Positions 25,716 through 36,974 of a DNA stretch of 64,000 nt are shown in pieces; the first letter of the stretch is position 1, and each line of letters starts with the position of its first letter. Below the pieces are notes generated by a model that saw only the letters and a program-made list of their open reading frames with translations, did not search any database and had not been told where the DNA came from. The position numbers and the translations under genes are program-made. The DNA is from Octopus vulgaris (Eukaryota), in assembly GCA_951406725.2 (NCBI GenBank), contig OX597815.1, positions 116,808,001-116,872,000 on the forward strand. Direction: 5' to 3'.

Positions 25716-26019
25716 TTAATAACATCATTTACAAGAACTATGAGGTCTACCAGTCATATGTTTGTAGTCCTTTTATCGAGACAATACATCCTTCAAAACT
25801 TCTATACTTGCTGAAATCCACCAACAGCTCACCTGATGGCTTTTTTTTTTTTAGTTGTAGTGCACCTATATTTTCATATATTTTTTATATTTTTTTATTT
25901 ATTAAACAAAAAATTGTTGCTAATCAAGACAAAATTATATGTAATTGCTTGAATTATCACTAAAACTAATATGATTTGGTGTTAGCATTGTTTTTCATGT
26001 ATTTTTCTCTTCTTCATAG

Positions 26020-26209
26020 TACCACCAAAGATATCAGTGAACACTTCACGATATACTACTCAAGAAGATAAAAGTGTAGTTTTGTTGTGTGACAGTCTTG
26101 GAATTCCAAAGCCTACCATTAGATGGACCAAAGATGGACAGGAATTAGCTATTGATAATTATAAATATGTTATTTTACATGGAACCAAGCTCTCTTTACC
26201 ATTCCCAAG
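26020..26209 (+). CDS. HMCN1: Hemicentin-like exon, N-part of Ig domain 9 (phase 1-2)
   Basis: cttcatag|TACCACCA...TTCCCAAG|gtacaa; VPPKISVNTSRYTTQEDKSVVLLCDSLGIPKPTIRWTKDGQELAIDNYKYVILHGTKLSLPFP(R); 190 nt. Confidence 0.9.
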
Positions 26210-26309
26210 GTACAATTTTATTCATTTACTTATTTGTTTAAGATGTCTTCTTTCAATATAGAGATCAAATAAGAGTGATGATTATGATGATGACAAAGAG
26301 AAGAAAGAC

Positions 26310-26400
26310 GTGGTGGTGGTGGTGGTGGTGGTGGTGGCGGCGGCAGCGGGCGGTGGTGGCAGTGGTGGTGGTGGCAGTGGTGGCAGTGTTAGTGGTAGCC
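26310..26400. repeat. (GGT)n/(GGC)n trinucleotide tract
   Basis: Direct reading. Confidence 0.9.
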
Positions 26401-26877
26401 ATGGCAGCAACAACAATGCTACAAATCTCCTGCCCCGCCCTCTCTTTAACAAAGATTGACATGGGACTAACCAGCAATAACAATAACTACTACTACCACT
26501 GTTGCTGCTGCTAGTACTACTACTATAGCTATTGCTGCAGCTGTTGCTCTGCTACAACTTGTACCTCTATATCATTAATATGTACTAATGGGACCCATGA
26601 ATATTTCATGGAATTAATGATAAATCTATTGGGTTATTTCTGAAAACTTTATCCAAAAAATCTGAAAGCGTAGCCTGTGTTGTGTTTGCATGGAAAGATA
26701 GTTGCTCATCTGCTAGCCATTGAAATGTGAAGGAAATTGGAATACAATGATTACTTAATACACTTTATTTCTATGGCCCTTCCCATCTTCAAGCAAGGTA
26801 ATATTTCCCTATGGTCAGATATGTTTACACAGAAATATTGGAAATGAAGGATAATTATGACAAGAGACACAAACATA

Positions 26878-27402
26878 CCATAAATCCTTGAGTATAATCC
26901 ACATTTTTCCCTAAAATTTAAAGGTCAAAATCCCTAGTGCATACTATATATGAGGTTAAAAATGAAAATTATTTTCTAAGCAATGTCCAAGTCTCTATTT
27001 GCTGTTCGGCAATGTTTATTCAGACACATTTTGTGATGTCAGGCACGAAAATACTTTGAGCTAAGCCTGAAAGCATTGAAGTCATAAAAGAATCATCCAT
27101 AACTTGCAATAAGCAACATTTATTAAACGTTATTACTGTTATTAGTGTTATTTCTTTATTTTCGGCAAACAAAATGCACAAAAAGCTACACGTTTGCATT
27201 ATGTTATATATATAATAATAATAATAATAAAGGACGTTACCGTATACATTTTTACAAACCAAGCACGTTATATAGACCTCATTGACTCAAGTTAGAGAAG
27301 GAGTGCATATTATACACAAGGTTTAGGTTTTTTAGAAGTACAACCCCCTAAAAATCCTCTGCGTATTATACTCAAGGGCAGACTATACTCGAGGATTTAT
27401 GG
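26878..27402. mobile_element. Tc2/pogo-like MITE
   Basis: TA-ccataaatccttgagtataatc ... gactatactcgaggatttatgg-TA; CC(G/A)TA termini with TA duplication; no ORF. Confidence 0.75.
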
Positions 27403-27887
27403 TATACACACTTACACACACCTACTTGTATACACATACATACATACATACATACATACATACATACATACATACATACATACATACATACATACATACA
27501 TCATCATCATTGTTTAACGTCTTCCTTCCATGCTGGCATGGGTTGGATGGTTTGACAGGAGATGGCCAGACTCCTATGTTTGTTTTGGCACAGTTTTTAT
27601 GGATGGATACCCTTCCTAACACCAATCACTCCAAAGAGTGTACTGAGTGCTTTTATGTGGCTGGCTTTTACAGCTGGATGCCCTTCTAAGTGCCAACCAC
27701 TTTACAGTGTGGACTGGATAGATCAGTTAGTGAGTTATTATGGCAGCATTAATGAGATTGATATGACCAAAACCTTCAAGTAGAAAGAGGATTAAGTCCA
27801 GCAGTAGACAGCAACCTTTCCACTCTTTATTACATTTATTATATTTTTAATTGATTTTTTCCCCCTTATTTTACTTTATCTGTTTAG

Positions 27888-27970
27888 GGCTGAAGATAGT
27901 GGAACATATACATGCATAGCAGAAAATGGTGCAGGGCGAGATGAAAAAGCAATCAAGCTGAGAGTTCGAG
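27888..27970 (+). CDS. HMCN1: Hemicentin-like exon, C-part of Ig domain 9 (phase 2-1)
   Basis: tgtttag|GGCTGAAG...GTTCGAG|gttagt; (R)AEDSGTYTCIAENGAGRDEKAIKLRVR; 83 nt; 190+83 nt restores the frame. Confidence 0.9.
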
Positions 27971-28145
27971 GTTAGTAGTATCAATTAAACACTATTGATA
28001 TAAAACAAAATTTAAGTTAAATACTGGGGGCAATTTGTTTGATTAAAAAAAGACCTTTCAAATGAGTGCCCCAGTATGGTCACAGCCCAATGACTGAAGC
28101 AAGTAAGAGTTAAAAGATAACGATTGAGAAAAAAATATTCATTGA

Positions 28146-28307
28146 GGCACAGGAGTGGCTGTGTGGTAAGTAGCTTGCTTACCAACCACATGGTTCCGGG
28201 TTCAGTCCCACTGCATGGCACCTTGGGCAAGTGTCTTCTACTATAGCCTCAGGCCAACCAAAGCCTTTTGAGTGGATTTGGTAGACGGAAACTGAAAGAA
28301 GCCTGTC

Positions 28308-28356
<49 letters not shown>

Positions 28357-28570
28357 TGTTTGTGTGTCTGTGTTTGTCCCCCCAACATCACTTGACAACC
28401 GATGCTGGTGTGTTTATGTCCCGTCACTTAGCAGTTCGGCAAGAGAGACTGATAGAATAAGTACAAGACTTACAAATAATGAGTCCTGGGATCGATTTGC
28501 TCGACTAAAGGCGGTGCTCCAGCATGGCCACAGTCAAATGACTGAAACAAATAAAATAAGAAATAAAATA
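28146..28570 (+). mobile_element. SINE family A, full length
   Basis: ggcacaggagtggctgtgtggtaag (A box)...gggttcagtccc (B box)...caccttgggcaagtgtctt...(TG)n...cagtcaaatgactgaaac. Confidence 0.9.
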
Positions 28571-29050
28571 AAGTATTCATTCTCTGAATTTGAAGTTCAG
28601 AAGCATTGATTAGTCATTCTCAGTAAGAGATGAATAGCCCCTAGGTGACCTTGGAATATTAGAAGGGAGTGACAGACTGTCTATCAGATTGTGTTGTATT
28701 GGGGGAGATTAATGGAAGAAATTCATAACTGTTTCACAGTGGTTTTCCAGGAACCTGAGAGGAGCTCTTAAGGCAGCCATGGTCTAAAATGTTTGCGAAT
28801 AACTGCACAATCTTCAAATATCTTTGTTCTAAAACATTCATACTGGTTTCATTTTTGTATTTGGTTTGCAAGGTTCTTGATGTGAATTTATATGTTGAAA
28901 CAAAACTTGTCTTGAAAGAGTCAGTACAACCAACAATGATAAACACATGCACTGTGTGCTTATTATTATTGGCATAATGACCTTCCCAAGACACAATAAG
29001 ATTCATATTTTAATTTCTTAAATTGTTTGTTTTATTTATTTTTCCATTAG

Positions 29051-29238
29051 TTCCACCAACTATTGAAGAAACAAGTCATTTAATGACTGCAACTGTTGGT
29101 AGTACTGTAAAAATTCCATGTAAAGCTACAGGTAACCCAGAGCCTAAGTTAAAATGGACGAAAAATGACAAGAAGTTATCATCAAACAGACCAAAGTTTA
29201 TATTTGAGTCTGACAGTTTGATAATACAAGGAGTATTG
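29051..29238 (+). CDS. HMCN1: Hemicentin-like exon, N-part of Ig domain 10 (phase 1-0)
   Basis: ccattag|TTCCACCA...GTATTG|gttggt (weak donor chosen because it preserves LxIxxVxxxDxGxYxC spacing); VPPTIEETSHLMTATVGSTVKIPCKATGNPEPKLKWTKNDKKLSSNRPKFIFESDSLIIQGVL; 188 nt. Confidence 0.85.
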
Positions 29239-29399
29239 GTTGGTTATATTTTTTTTCTTTTCTTTGTTAAACAATTAAAAAAACCTTCTACATCATTTAA
29301 TTTCTGGTTGTAGAAAAGAAAGCAAAACATGGTAAAATTTCCAAGTTATGACACCCATTTGACTATATATTCAGATTCCTTTTGAGTGTTGAACTTTCC

Positions 29400-29965
29400 T
29401 TTTGAGTGCTAGGCTTCACAGACGCAAGGTGGCTGCATTTTTTTCAAGCAGGCTTCATGGAAGTGAGGTAGCTGAGTTCATTTTGAGTATTGGGTCACAT
29501 GGAGACAAAGTGGCTAAATTCCTTTTGAGTGCTGGGCCTCACGGAGGCAAGGTGGCTGAGTTCCTTTTAAACGGGCCTCATGGAGGCAAGGTGGCTGAGT
29601 TCCTTTTTGGGCCTCATAGAGGCAAAGTGGCCAAGTACCTTTTGAGTGTTGAGCCTCACGGAAGCAATGACCAAGACCTTTGGTATTATGTCATGCTTGA
29701 AAAGAAGACCCATCAAGCTGAGCAAAATCACAGTCATGGCAGATACTGGTGTCACACGAATGGCACCTGTGCCAGTGACACATAAAAGAACCCATTACGC
29801 TCTCAGAGTTGTTGACATTAAGAAGGGCATCCAGCCATAGAAACCCATGCCAAATCAGATTGGATCCTAGTGCAGCCATCCAGCATGCCAGCCCAGTCAA
29901 ATCATCCAATCTATGCCAGCATGGACAACGGTTGTTAAATGTTGATGATGATGACGATGATGATA
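29400..29965 (+). mobile_element. RTE-derived 3' fragment preceded by a ~36-42 bp minisatellite (about 7 units)
   Basis: Unit resembles ttgagtgctgggcctcacggaggcaaggtggctgagttcctt; it continues into the same UTR and (GAT)n tail as 42900-43730. Confidence 0.75.
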
Positions 29966-30339
29966 CAGTAACTCAAATATTACATTGACATTCTTGCTCC
30001 AAATAATTATTAGCAAGGAAAGCAGTATTAGTACCTAAAGGCAATCTCTGCATCCAACTTAATGTGAATCTCTTGGAATGCTGATTACTGTGGTACTAGC
30101 CTTGAGAGGTCCTCTCATACAGGTGCATAGTGCATAAAAGCATAGGCATATATCGTAGCAAATGAGAATTATTTGTTATTGGTGCCAGAACTGCCAGATT
30201 ACATCATTTCAGCATACCACACTTCTTCTGTAGCAAGCATCCAGTGACTGCATACCAGCCAAACCTCACTGCCAACAATATAGAGAATAATAGCATCTTT
30301 TCAGCCATTTATGTTGCAAATAGCCAGTAGGCTTATTAA

Positions 30340-30558
30340 CCCTTTCATTACTGTATTTATTTTGAGATGCTCTGTGTCTCTTTCAATTACTTTAAATATA
30401 ACAAAGAATTTAGGAAAATAACTTAGTTATCATTAAGCCAGTGTTAGGAACATAAGTTGTGACTAAGGTTTGGTGGAAGATCTTAATTCAAAACTTATGA
30501 AAACAAAACATTTGTACTCAGAGCCAGACCAGTTTCAGCCGGGCTGGCAATGAAAGGG
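30340..30558. mobile_element. piggyBac-type MITE, family 1 (opposite orientation to 25496-25715)
   Basis: TTAA-ccctttcattac...tgaaaggg-TTAA; aligns along its whole length to the reverse complement of 25496-25715. Confidence 0.8.
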
Positions 30559-30721
30559 TTAAAAACTAATTATTTGCAATGCAAGCAGTATTAATACAAA
30601 AAGGTAATCTTTATATCCAGCTTCATGTGTATATCTTGTTGAAATGCTGGATACTGCAGTATTAACCTTGAGAGGTCCCTTTTTATAGGCACATAGTGCA
30701 TTAGTTTTATAACAGATTAAC

Positions 30722-31097
30722 TGCAGGTATGGCGGTGTGGTAAGAAGTTTGTGGTGAGCTGGCAGAAATGTTAGCACGCTGGGCAAAATGCTTATCAGTA
30801 TTTTGTCTGCCACTACATTCTGAGTTCAAATTCCGCTGAGGTTGACTTTGCCTTTCATCCTTTTGGGGTCGATAAATTAAGTACCAGTTACACACTGGGG
30901 TCGATCTAATCGACTTAATCCCTTTGTCTGTCCTTGTTTGTCCCCTCTATGTTTGGCTCCTTGTGGGCAATGAAGGAATAAAAAGTTTGTTTCTCAACCA
31001 CATAGTTCCAGATTCAGTTCTGCTACATGATATCATGAACAAGTGTCTCCTACTATAGCTGCAGGCCAACTAAAGTCTTATGAGTAGATATGGTAGA

Positions 31098-31144
<47 letters not shown>

Positions 31145-31370
31145 ATGTGTGTGTATGTCTGTGTGTCTGTGATTGTTCCCTGCCACTGCTTGACCACCAG
31201 TGTTAGTGTGTTTATGTCCCTGTGACTTAGTGGTCCAGCAAAAGAGACCAGTAGAATACATACCAGGCTTTAAAAATGCAAGTACTGGGATCAATTCGTT
31301 TGACTAATATTCTTCAAGATGGTGACCAAGCATGACTGCAGTCAAATAATTAAAACAAGTAAAAGGTAAA
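30722..31370 (+). mobile_element. SINE family A interrupted by a SINE family B insertion at 30752-30982
   Basis: The A head resumes after the insert; 7-bp TSD aagtttg at 30745-30751 and 30983-30989. Confidence 0.8.
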
Positions 31371-31399
31371 AGGTAACAGTATATTTTTAGTTGAAGCAC

Positions 31400-31650
31400 A
31401 CTCTTTTACTTTTTTGCTTGCTTCAGTCGTTTGACTGTGGCCATGCTGGAGCACCACCTTTAGTCAAGCAAATCGACCCCTGGACTTATTCTTTGTAAGT
31501 CTTGTACTTATTCTATCGGTCTCACAAGGCTTTGGTCAGCCCGAGGCTATAGTAGAAGACACTTGCCCATGGTGCCCTGCAGTGGGACTGAACCTGGAAC
31601 CATGTGGTTTGTAAGCAAGTTACTTACCACACAGCCACTCTTACGCCTAT
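31400..31650 (-). mobile_element. SINE family A, internally deleted, tail-to-tail with the previous copy
   Basis: Reverse complement of family A tail and head with the central segment missing. Confidence 0.85.
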
Positions 31651-31997
31651 TTTTTTTCCTATGCACAGTATTTTTTTCCAACATCTTAGAATAATAGTTG
31701 ACTATTGAAAATTTTTGTTCAATATCTCAACAGAATTTAGTACATAAACATTCAGGGTGAACATTTGTGTACTGAGGGTGCTGCTGTTCTCCATCTCTGA
31801 ATGCAGGAGTTGATATCTCATCAGGCAGTGATGTAGCTCTGTAGTTGTCTTGGCCCCTTTCCACCACAACACTAGAGCTGTCCAGGACTACCCACTGGTG
31901 TAGTTGACAAAACAGAACAAGCTTTGTTTAGTCAGATGTTGTGACTCTGGGTCAAATGTTTCTGTCATCCTCAATGCTTGATCATGTTGTACCACTT

Positions 31998-32000
<3 letters not shown>

Positions 32001-32069
<69 letters not shown>
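32001..32069. repeat. (CT)n microsatellite
   Basis: Direct reading. Confidence 0.95.
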
Positions 32070-32072
<3 letters not shown>

Positions 32073-32712
32073 AAATATAACTATAAATTCATAAATATCC
32101 AGGTATCACTGTTTTTATTTGCCATTATTTTGTCTGTGAAATTTAGTAGAATGGTTTATATCTGCTTATTCCATATCTCATTAATAAATATGGTGCCGTG
32201 AGGATTACAGTGTTTTCCCATTAATCAAAACTTCTATACATTTTTAAATACTGAGTTATATTCTTACATTAAATGCATTACTTCACATGTTTCAGCCAAT
32301 CTATTAAAATCCTAATTACAAACATAAAATTAACATAGACCCCTAACATCATATGTAAGAAGTTAGTACATTAATCTATTGAACCACCTAACTGCTACAA
32401 GTTTTTGAATTTTTAAAACAATCTGATCATTGCAATATTAAGAAGATAAAATATATATATGAGTTTATAGATGTACTTGTCTGGCAAGTGATTTGATCTG
32501 AAACCATGTGTTGAGACTAAAATGATTCTGGTATCAAAGACACATATTAGCCACTCAAAAACACACAGAGACTGTTAACTTTGCTTAAACATTTATTACT
32601 TGGTGTCAAAGTTTTCATTGCATCAACTCAGTTACTGTGGAAGTGTGTCACTGTTTAGATGAAGTTAATGGTTTTGTGTTTTTGAATAGCTGTAATTGTG
32701 TGAAAATATAAA

Positions 32713-32820
32713 AGTAAATTTAATAAAGATAATTCTTTGATATCTAAAAAGAAAAGCTTAATTGCTAGTAAATTTAATAAAGATAATTCTTTGATATCTA
32801 AAAAGAAAAACTTAATTGCT
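32713..32820 (+). repeat. Direct tandem duplication, 2 x 54 bp (1 mismatch)
   Basis: agtaaatttaataaagataattctttgatatctaaaaagaaaa(g/a)cttaattgct occurs twice and ends 27 nt upstream of exon 32848. Confidence 0.95.
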
Positions 32821-32847
32821 ATTCCTTACATTTTTTTCCTTCTTCAG

Positions 32848-32929
32848 GCAAATGATACAGGCAGATATGTTTGCACAGCTACAAACAGAGTTGGTGAAGA
32901 TTCCCATGAAATACTTTTAAGAGTACAAG
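32848..32929 (+). CDS. HMCN1: Hemicentin-like exon, C-part of Ig domain 10 (phase 0-1)
   Basis: tcttcag|GCAAATGA...GTACAAG|gtaaca; ANDTGRYVCTATNRVGEDSHEILLRVQ; 82 nt. Confidence 0.9.
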
Positions 32930-33529
32930 GTAACATTTATATCTTATTTTGTAGCATTTTCTGAAATTCTCTTCTAACTTTTTAAAATATAAACCAGTGT
33001 CTAAAGAAGCTAATGGTAGTTCACAGCAGAAAAAATATATAATATATACACTTATCAAAACATGAGTTTGGATAAGTGTATATATGCCATAAGGAAACAA
33101 TGGAACCTGAAATAAAGGGTTAGTCTTAAAACATGTGATTCCTCTTTTTTTCCATTGTATCAGAGCTTATCCAAACTTTCAAACTTCACTTTACATAGCA
33201 TATTTTCCTTTCCTTGTTCTCAATGTTAATTGAACTTTTGACAAAATATGATACAAATAACTTGCTGATTAAATGTTCATTTTTAATTACATCTACAGTT
33301 AATTATTTAGATTCTTCAAATCTAAGATTTGACATTACTCTCACCTACAGACTATAAAATCCCACATTCCTCATATTAATCAGTTGCCATTTCCTGTTTT
33401 ATTAATTTGTTACATCACTTCTTGAATAATTTAGGTGATATCCTTATTGATTAATGGAATTTTAAGATTTCAAGCATGTTGTTATATAAGATATACTCAC
33501 CTTCAACCAGTATTTCAACAACTTATTTC

Positions 33530-33554
33530 ACATGTATGTGTGTATGTATGTATG

Positions 33555-33592
<38 letters not shown>

Positions 33593-33690
33593 CACACACA
33601 CACATACACACACACACACATACACACACACACACATATACACACATACATACACAAATACATGCATACATATATGTATGTATGTATATG

Positions 33691-33746
<56 letters not shown>

Positions 33747-33818
33747 CATATATGTATGCATGTATTTGTGTATGTATGTGTGTGTATATATGTGTGTGTG
33801 TGCGTGTGTATGCGTGTG

Positions 33819-33859
<41 letters not shown>

Positions 33860-33860
33860 A
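33530..33860. repeat. Compound (TA)n/(CA)n/(TG)n microsatellite block upstream of exon 33933
   Basis: Direct reading; similar blocks lie at 19700-19960, 35130-35440 and 39410-39920. Confidence 0.95.
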
Positions 33861-33932
33861 AATATATCAAATCTTTATATATGGAATTGTTTCATTTCCA
33901 AAAAATATTTTTCATTTTACTTCTATCTTCAG

Positions 33933-34064
33933 TCCCACCAAGCTTCAAAACATTACCAGTAAATAAAGAAGTTCTTGTTGGTTCACGACTTAAGTTGCAG
34001 TGTTCTGCAGATGGAATTCCAGTTCCGGTCATATCTTGGCGACATAATGGCAATGCTATCCATG
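33933..34064 (+). CDS. HMCN1: Hemicentin-like exon, N-half of Ig domain 11 (phase 1-1)
   Basis: tcttcag|TCCCACCA...ATCCATG|gtacaa; VPPSFKTLPVNKEVLVGSRLKLQCSADGIPVPVISWRHNGNAIH; 132 nt. Confidence 0.9.
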
Positions 34065-34521
34065 GTACAAATAAAGCCACTTACATAATGTTTTGTTTTT
34101 CCTTTATTTCAACCTAATAATATAATATCATGATTATAGATTAGCAAGAGAGGCAGTATTAATACCAAGAGATAATATTTATCCCTACTTAAACACGGAT
34201 GGTCTGTAAGAACAAACTATATAATAGTAGTTGCTATGAGAGAAACATCCATATTGATTTTTGGTGCAAAATACAGTCTTGTTTATATTGTTACCACTAG
34301 TGATATTAACAAGAGTGCATTTTGCACCAAAAGCCAATATGAGAGTTTTTCTCGTGGTATCTACGGCAGTATAGTTTGTTCTAACAGAACCTCTATATTT
34401 AAGTGGGGATACATATTACTTCTCAACATGGTGAATATTTTACAATTTTTCTATTTCATCCAATAATAATATGTTTTGACATTGATGATAACATTCTTGT
34501 CTGTTCTTTCTTATCATTTAG

Positions 34522-34653
34522 CTCCACCCAGTATAAATGGCCAAAGTAGGCTTATTGTAAGAAATACAGGCAAAGAAGACAGTGGCCGATATACATGTAT
34601 TGCCAAAAATCCTGCTGGACAGCGAGAAACTCAAGCTACTGTTGGTGTGAAAG
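34522..34653 (+). CDS. HMCN1: Hemicentin-like exon, C-half of Ig domain 11 (phase 1-1)
   Basis: catttag|CTCCACCC...GTGAAAG|gtatta; APPSINGQSRLIVRNTGKEDSGRYTCIAKNPAGQRETQATVGVK; 132 nt. Confidence 0.9.
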
Positions 34654-35128
34654 GTATTATATATTACATGTTTCTTGAAGTAAATATAACAACAACATTG
34701 ACTTATGATATACACCATAGCTACAGATAAACATTATTAACTTCACTATTATTAATCATGCAAAACATTGAGTACTTTCAATCACTAAATTTCAGTTGTT
34801 CTCATTCATTAACTACCTTACAGTGACGTAAATAACACCAAACAATGAACACTTCCATTAAAAACAATTGTCTCAAGATTTTTATATATATATATATTTA
34901 TGATGTTATAAGGTGATGCACAAACACACAGCTCATAGGGCACTGCCTCCTATAGTAGAAACAGCTGCAAGCTAAGGGAGTAGATTGCATAATTCACGTA
35001 CCTTTGTCAGTCCATTAATTTATATTATGCTCTGTACTCACCTAGTACTTTATCCTGAAGCTTATGTATATTGAGTTCTAACAACAGGTTATTAGTATTG
35101 CTATGCTTAAGCAAAATCATAACATATT

Positions 35129-35171
<43 letters not shown>

Positions 35172-35371
35172 TCACTTAGTGTAAACAGAATAAGAGACAA
35201 TGCATAGCATTCCATTAGATATGTATGTATGTATATGGATATATATATACATGTATATGTATATGTAAATGTATGTATATGTAAGTATGTATATGTATAC
35301 ATATATATATATATATATATACATATGTATATATATACATATATATATATACATACACACACACACAAACA

Positions 35372-35404
<33 letters not shown>

Positions 35405-35581
35405 GTGTGTGTAAATATATATATACACATATATATATAAGGGTTTGAGAGGTATTGGTGTGTAGAAGATCCAGAGAGTGTCAGGTAACACTAAGTAAGT
35501 GCTATGGATAGACCATGGTCAAACTCTTGGTTTGATAATGATATGAGTGAGGAGTCTTATGTGGGTCTTGTATTAGCCTGC

Positions 35582-35784
35582 ATATATATATATTAGACCG
35601 AATGAGATAACAAATCCAAGGCTGTGAGGAGTTTTCAAGACATTTATAATGAAATAGTCTTACAGCTGGTTCTGGGATATCCATAATATCCCAGAAACAG
35701 CTGTAAGACTATTTCATTCTAAATGTCCTGAAAACTCTTCACACCCTTGGATTTCTTATCTCATTTGGTCTAATATATATATAT
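35582..35784. repeat. Imperfect 203-bp foldback (99-bp arms, 5-nt loop CCATA) with (TA)n-like ends, containing a hammerhead 3' half (GAAACAGCTGTA)
   Basis: tattagaccgaatgagataa...ctgggatat CCATA atatcccagaaacagctgtaagac...ttatctcatttggtctaata; no indels, a few substitutions. Confidence 0.9.
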
Positions 35785-36974
35785 ATGTGTGTACCTACAT
35801 TTCTATACATATGTATGTGTGTATGCTTATATTTATATATGCTACTGAAAACAAGGAATCCAGTACAACCTGTTGCATGGCTGCATTGTTGGTAACTAAA
35901 CTAGCACCCTCAATAGACTTGCTTGGAGAGGAGAATTGCAAGAAACCCAGTAGATCTAAGAACAAGACCTGTGAACAGGATATGAATCTTGTGCCGGTTC
36001 AATAACTGTCTAGTAATAGCACAGGCCCTCATAAATTCCAGGTTGGTATCTGGGATACTGGAAGACAACTGGGAGTGAGGTACCCCTCATCTGTTGTTAA
36101 AGGTGGTCATTCTCATATGAAACAGATATTCAGGGAATAGTATTGAGCCTTCTGGGGATCTTTTGCTTGTACTTGAAATCACAGCACTCCTGCATTTTTG
36201 AGCCAATGTCTCATATTAACACTGGCTTTTCTCTGGATCATATCAGTTGGATAGAGAGGGCCTGTGAGGTGTTGTGCAAGCCTCATTGAACCTGAAATTT
36301 TTCATCATGTAATCACTGGTGATGTAGTCAAGCAGGAGGGTGCTATGGCAAGCATGGGAGCTGCAGGCACCATGTGCTGGTATTGCTCACATTTTGCATG
36401 AACAGTGGTCAGTGATGGTCTCCCTTGGTTATAAATGGACAACTATTATATACATATATATGTATATATTGTCACCATCATCATCATCATTTAACGTCCA
36501 TTGTCCATGCTGGCATGGATTGGTGGTTTGACCAGAACTAGCAAGCTGGGGAGCTGCACTAGACTCCAGTCTGATTTGGTATGGTTTCTATAACTGGATG
36601 TCCTTCCTAATGCCAACCACTTTAGAGATTGTGCTGGGTACTCTTACAAGGCACTGCATGGACACTTTTACATGGCAGTGCACAAGCTCTTTTACATAGC
36701 ACCACACAGGCACTTTTATGTGACATCAGTAATACCATTTGCTGACGTTTTTTTGATAAATTATTCAAGGTTTTGATTGCAGTGAATTCTAATCTTTTAA
36801 TATAAACAGAATTAATATTTCTTAAGATATGATTCCATAACTATACATGAATATTAATTTTTGGTTAATGTGTATATGATATGGAAAACATAAACATGCA
36901 CTTGCATATAAAAATAATATCATAATAACAGAAACATTAGTATGATAGCTAGTTTATAGAAAATTCTCCATGTA

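Larger units (their letters stand above)
4735..34653 (+). other. HMCN1: Partial gene model: hemicentin-1-like tandem Ig (I-set) extracellular matrix protein; 15 exons, 11 Ig domains, 1023 codons in window
   Basis: All exons have AG/GT boundaries with compatible phases and splice into one stop-free frame of 3069 nt. Each domain runs VPP..C...G.P.P.I.W...L.I...D.G.Y.C.A.N.AG. Long arrays of VPP-linked I-set domains are characteristic of hemicentins. Orthology is inferred because the vWA, TSP1 and EGF parts are not in the window. Confidence 0.75.

Noticed and set aside
28530-28556. SINE A tail cagtc-aaat-gactg-aaacaa resembling hammerhead stem II plus GAAAC
   Set aside because: There is no CUGANGA core or stem I in the copies I read. 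It is better explained as the 3' stem-loop recognised by the partner LINE.
29400-29670. Regularly spaced ~40-bp repeats (CRISPR-like) and ORF 29402-29785
   Set aside because: These are degenerate tandem units without unique spacers in eukaryotic DNA, part of an RTE-derived repeat.
4735-34653. Dscam-like mutually exclusive exon array or protocadherin cluster
   Set aside because: The exons are highly divergent, consecutive full Ig domains that splice in series. There are no near-duplicate alternatives and no cadherin motifs.
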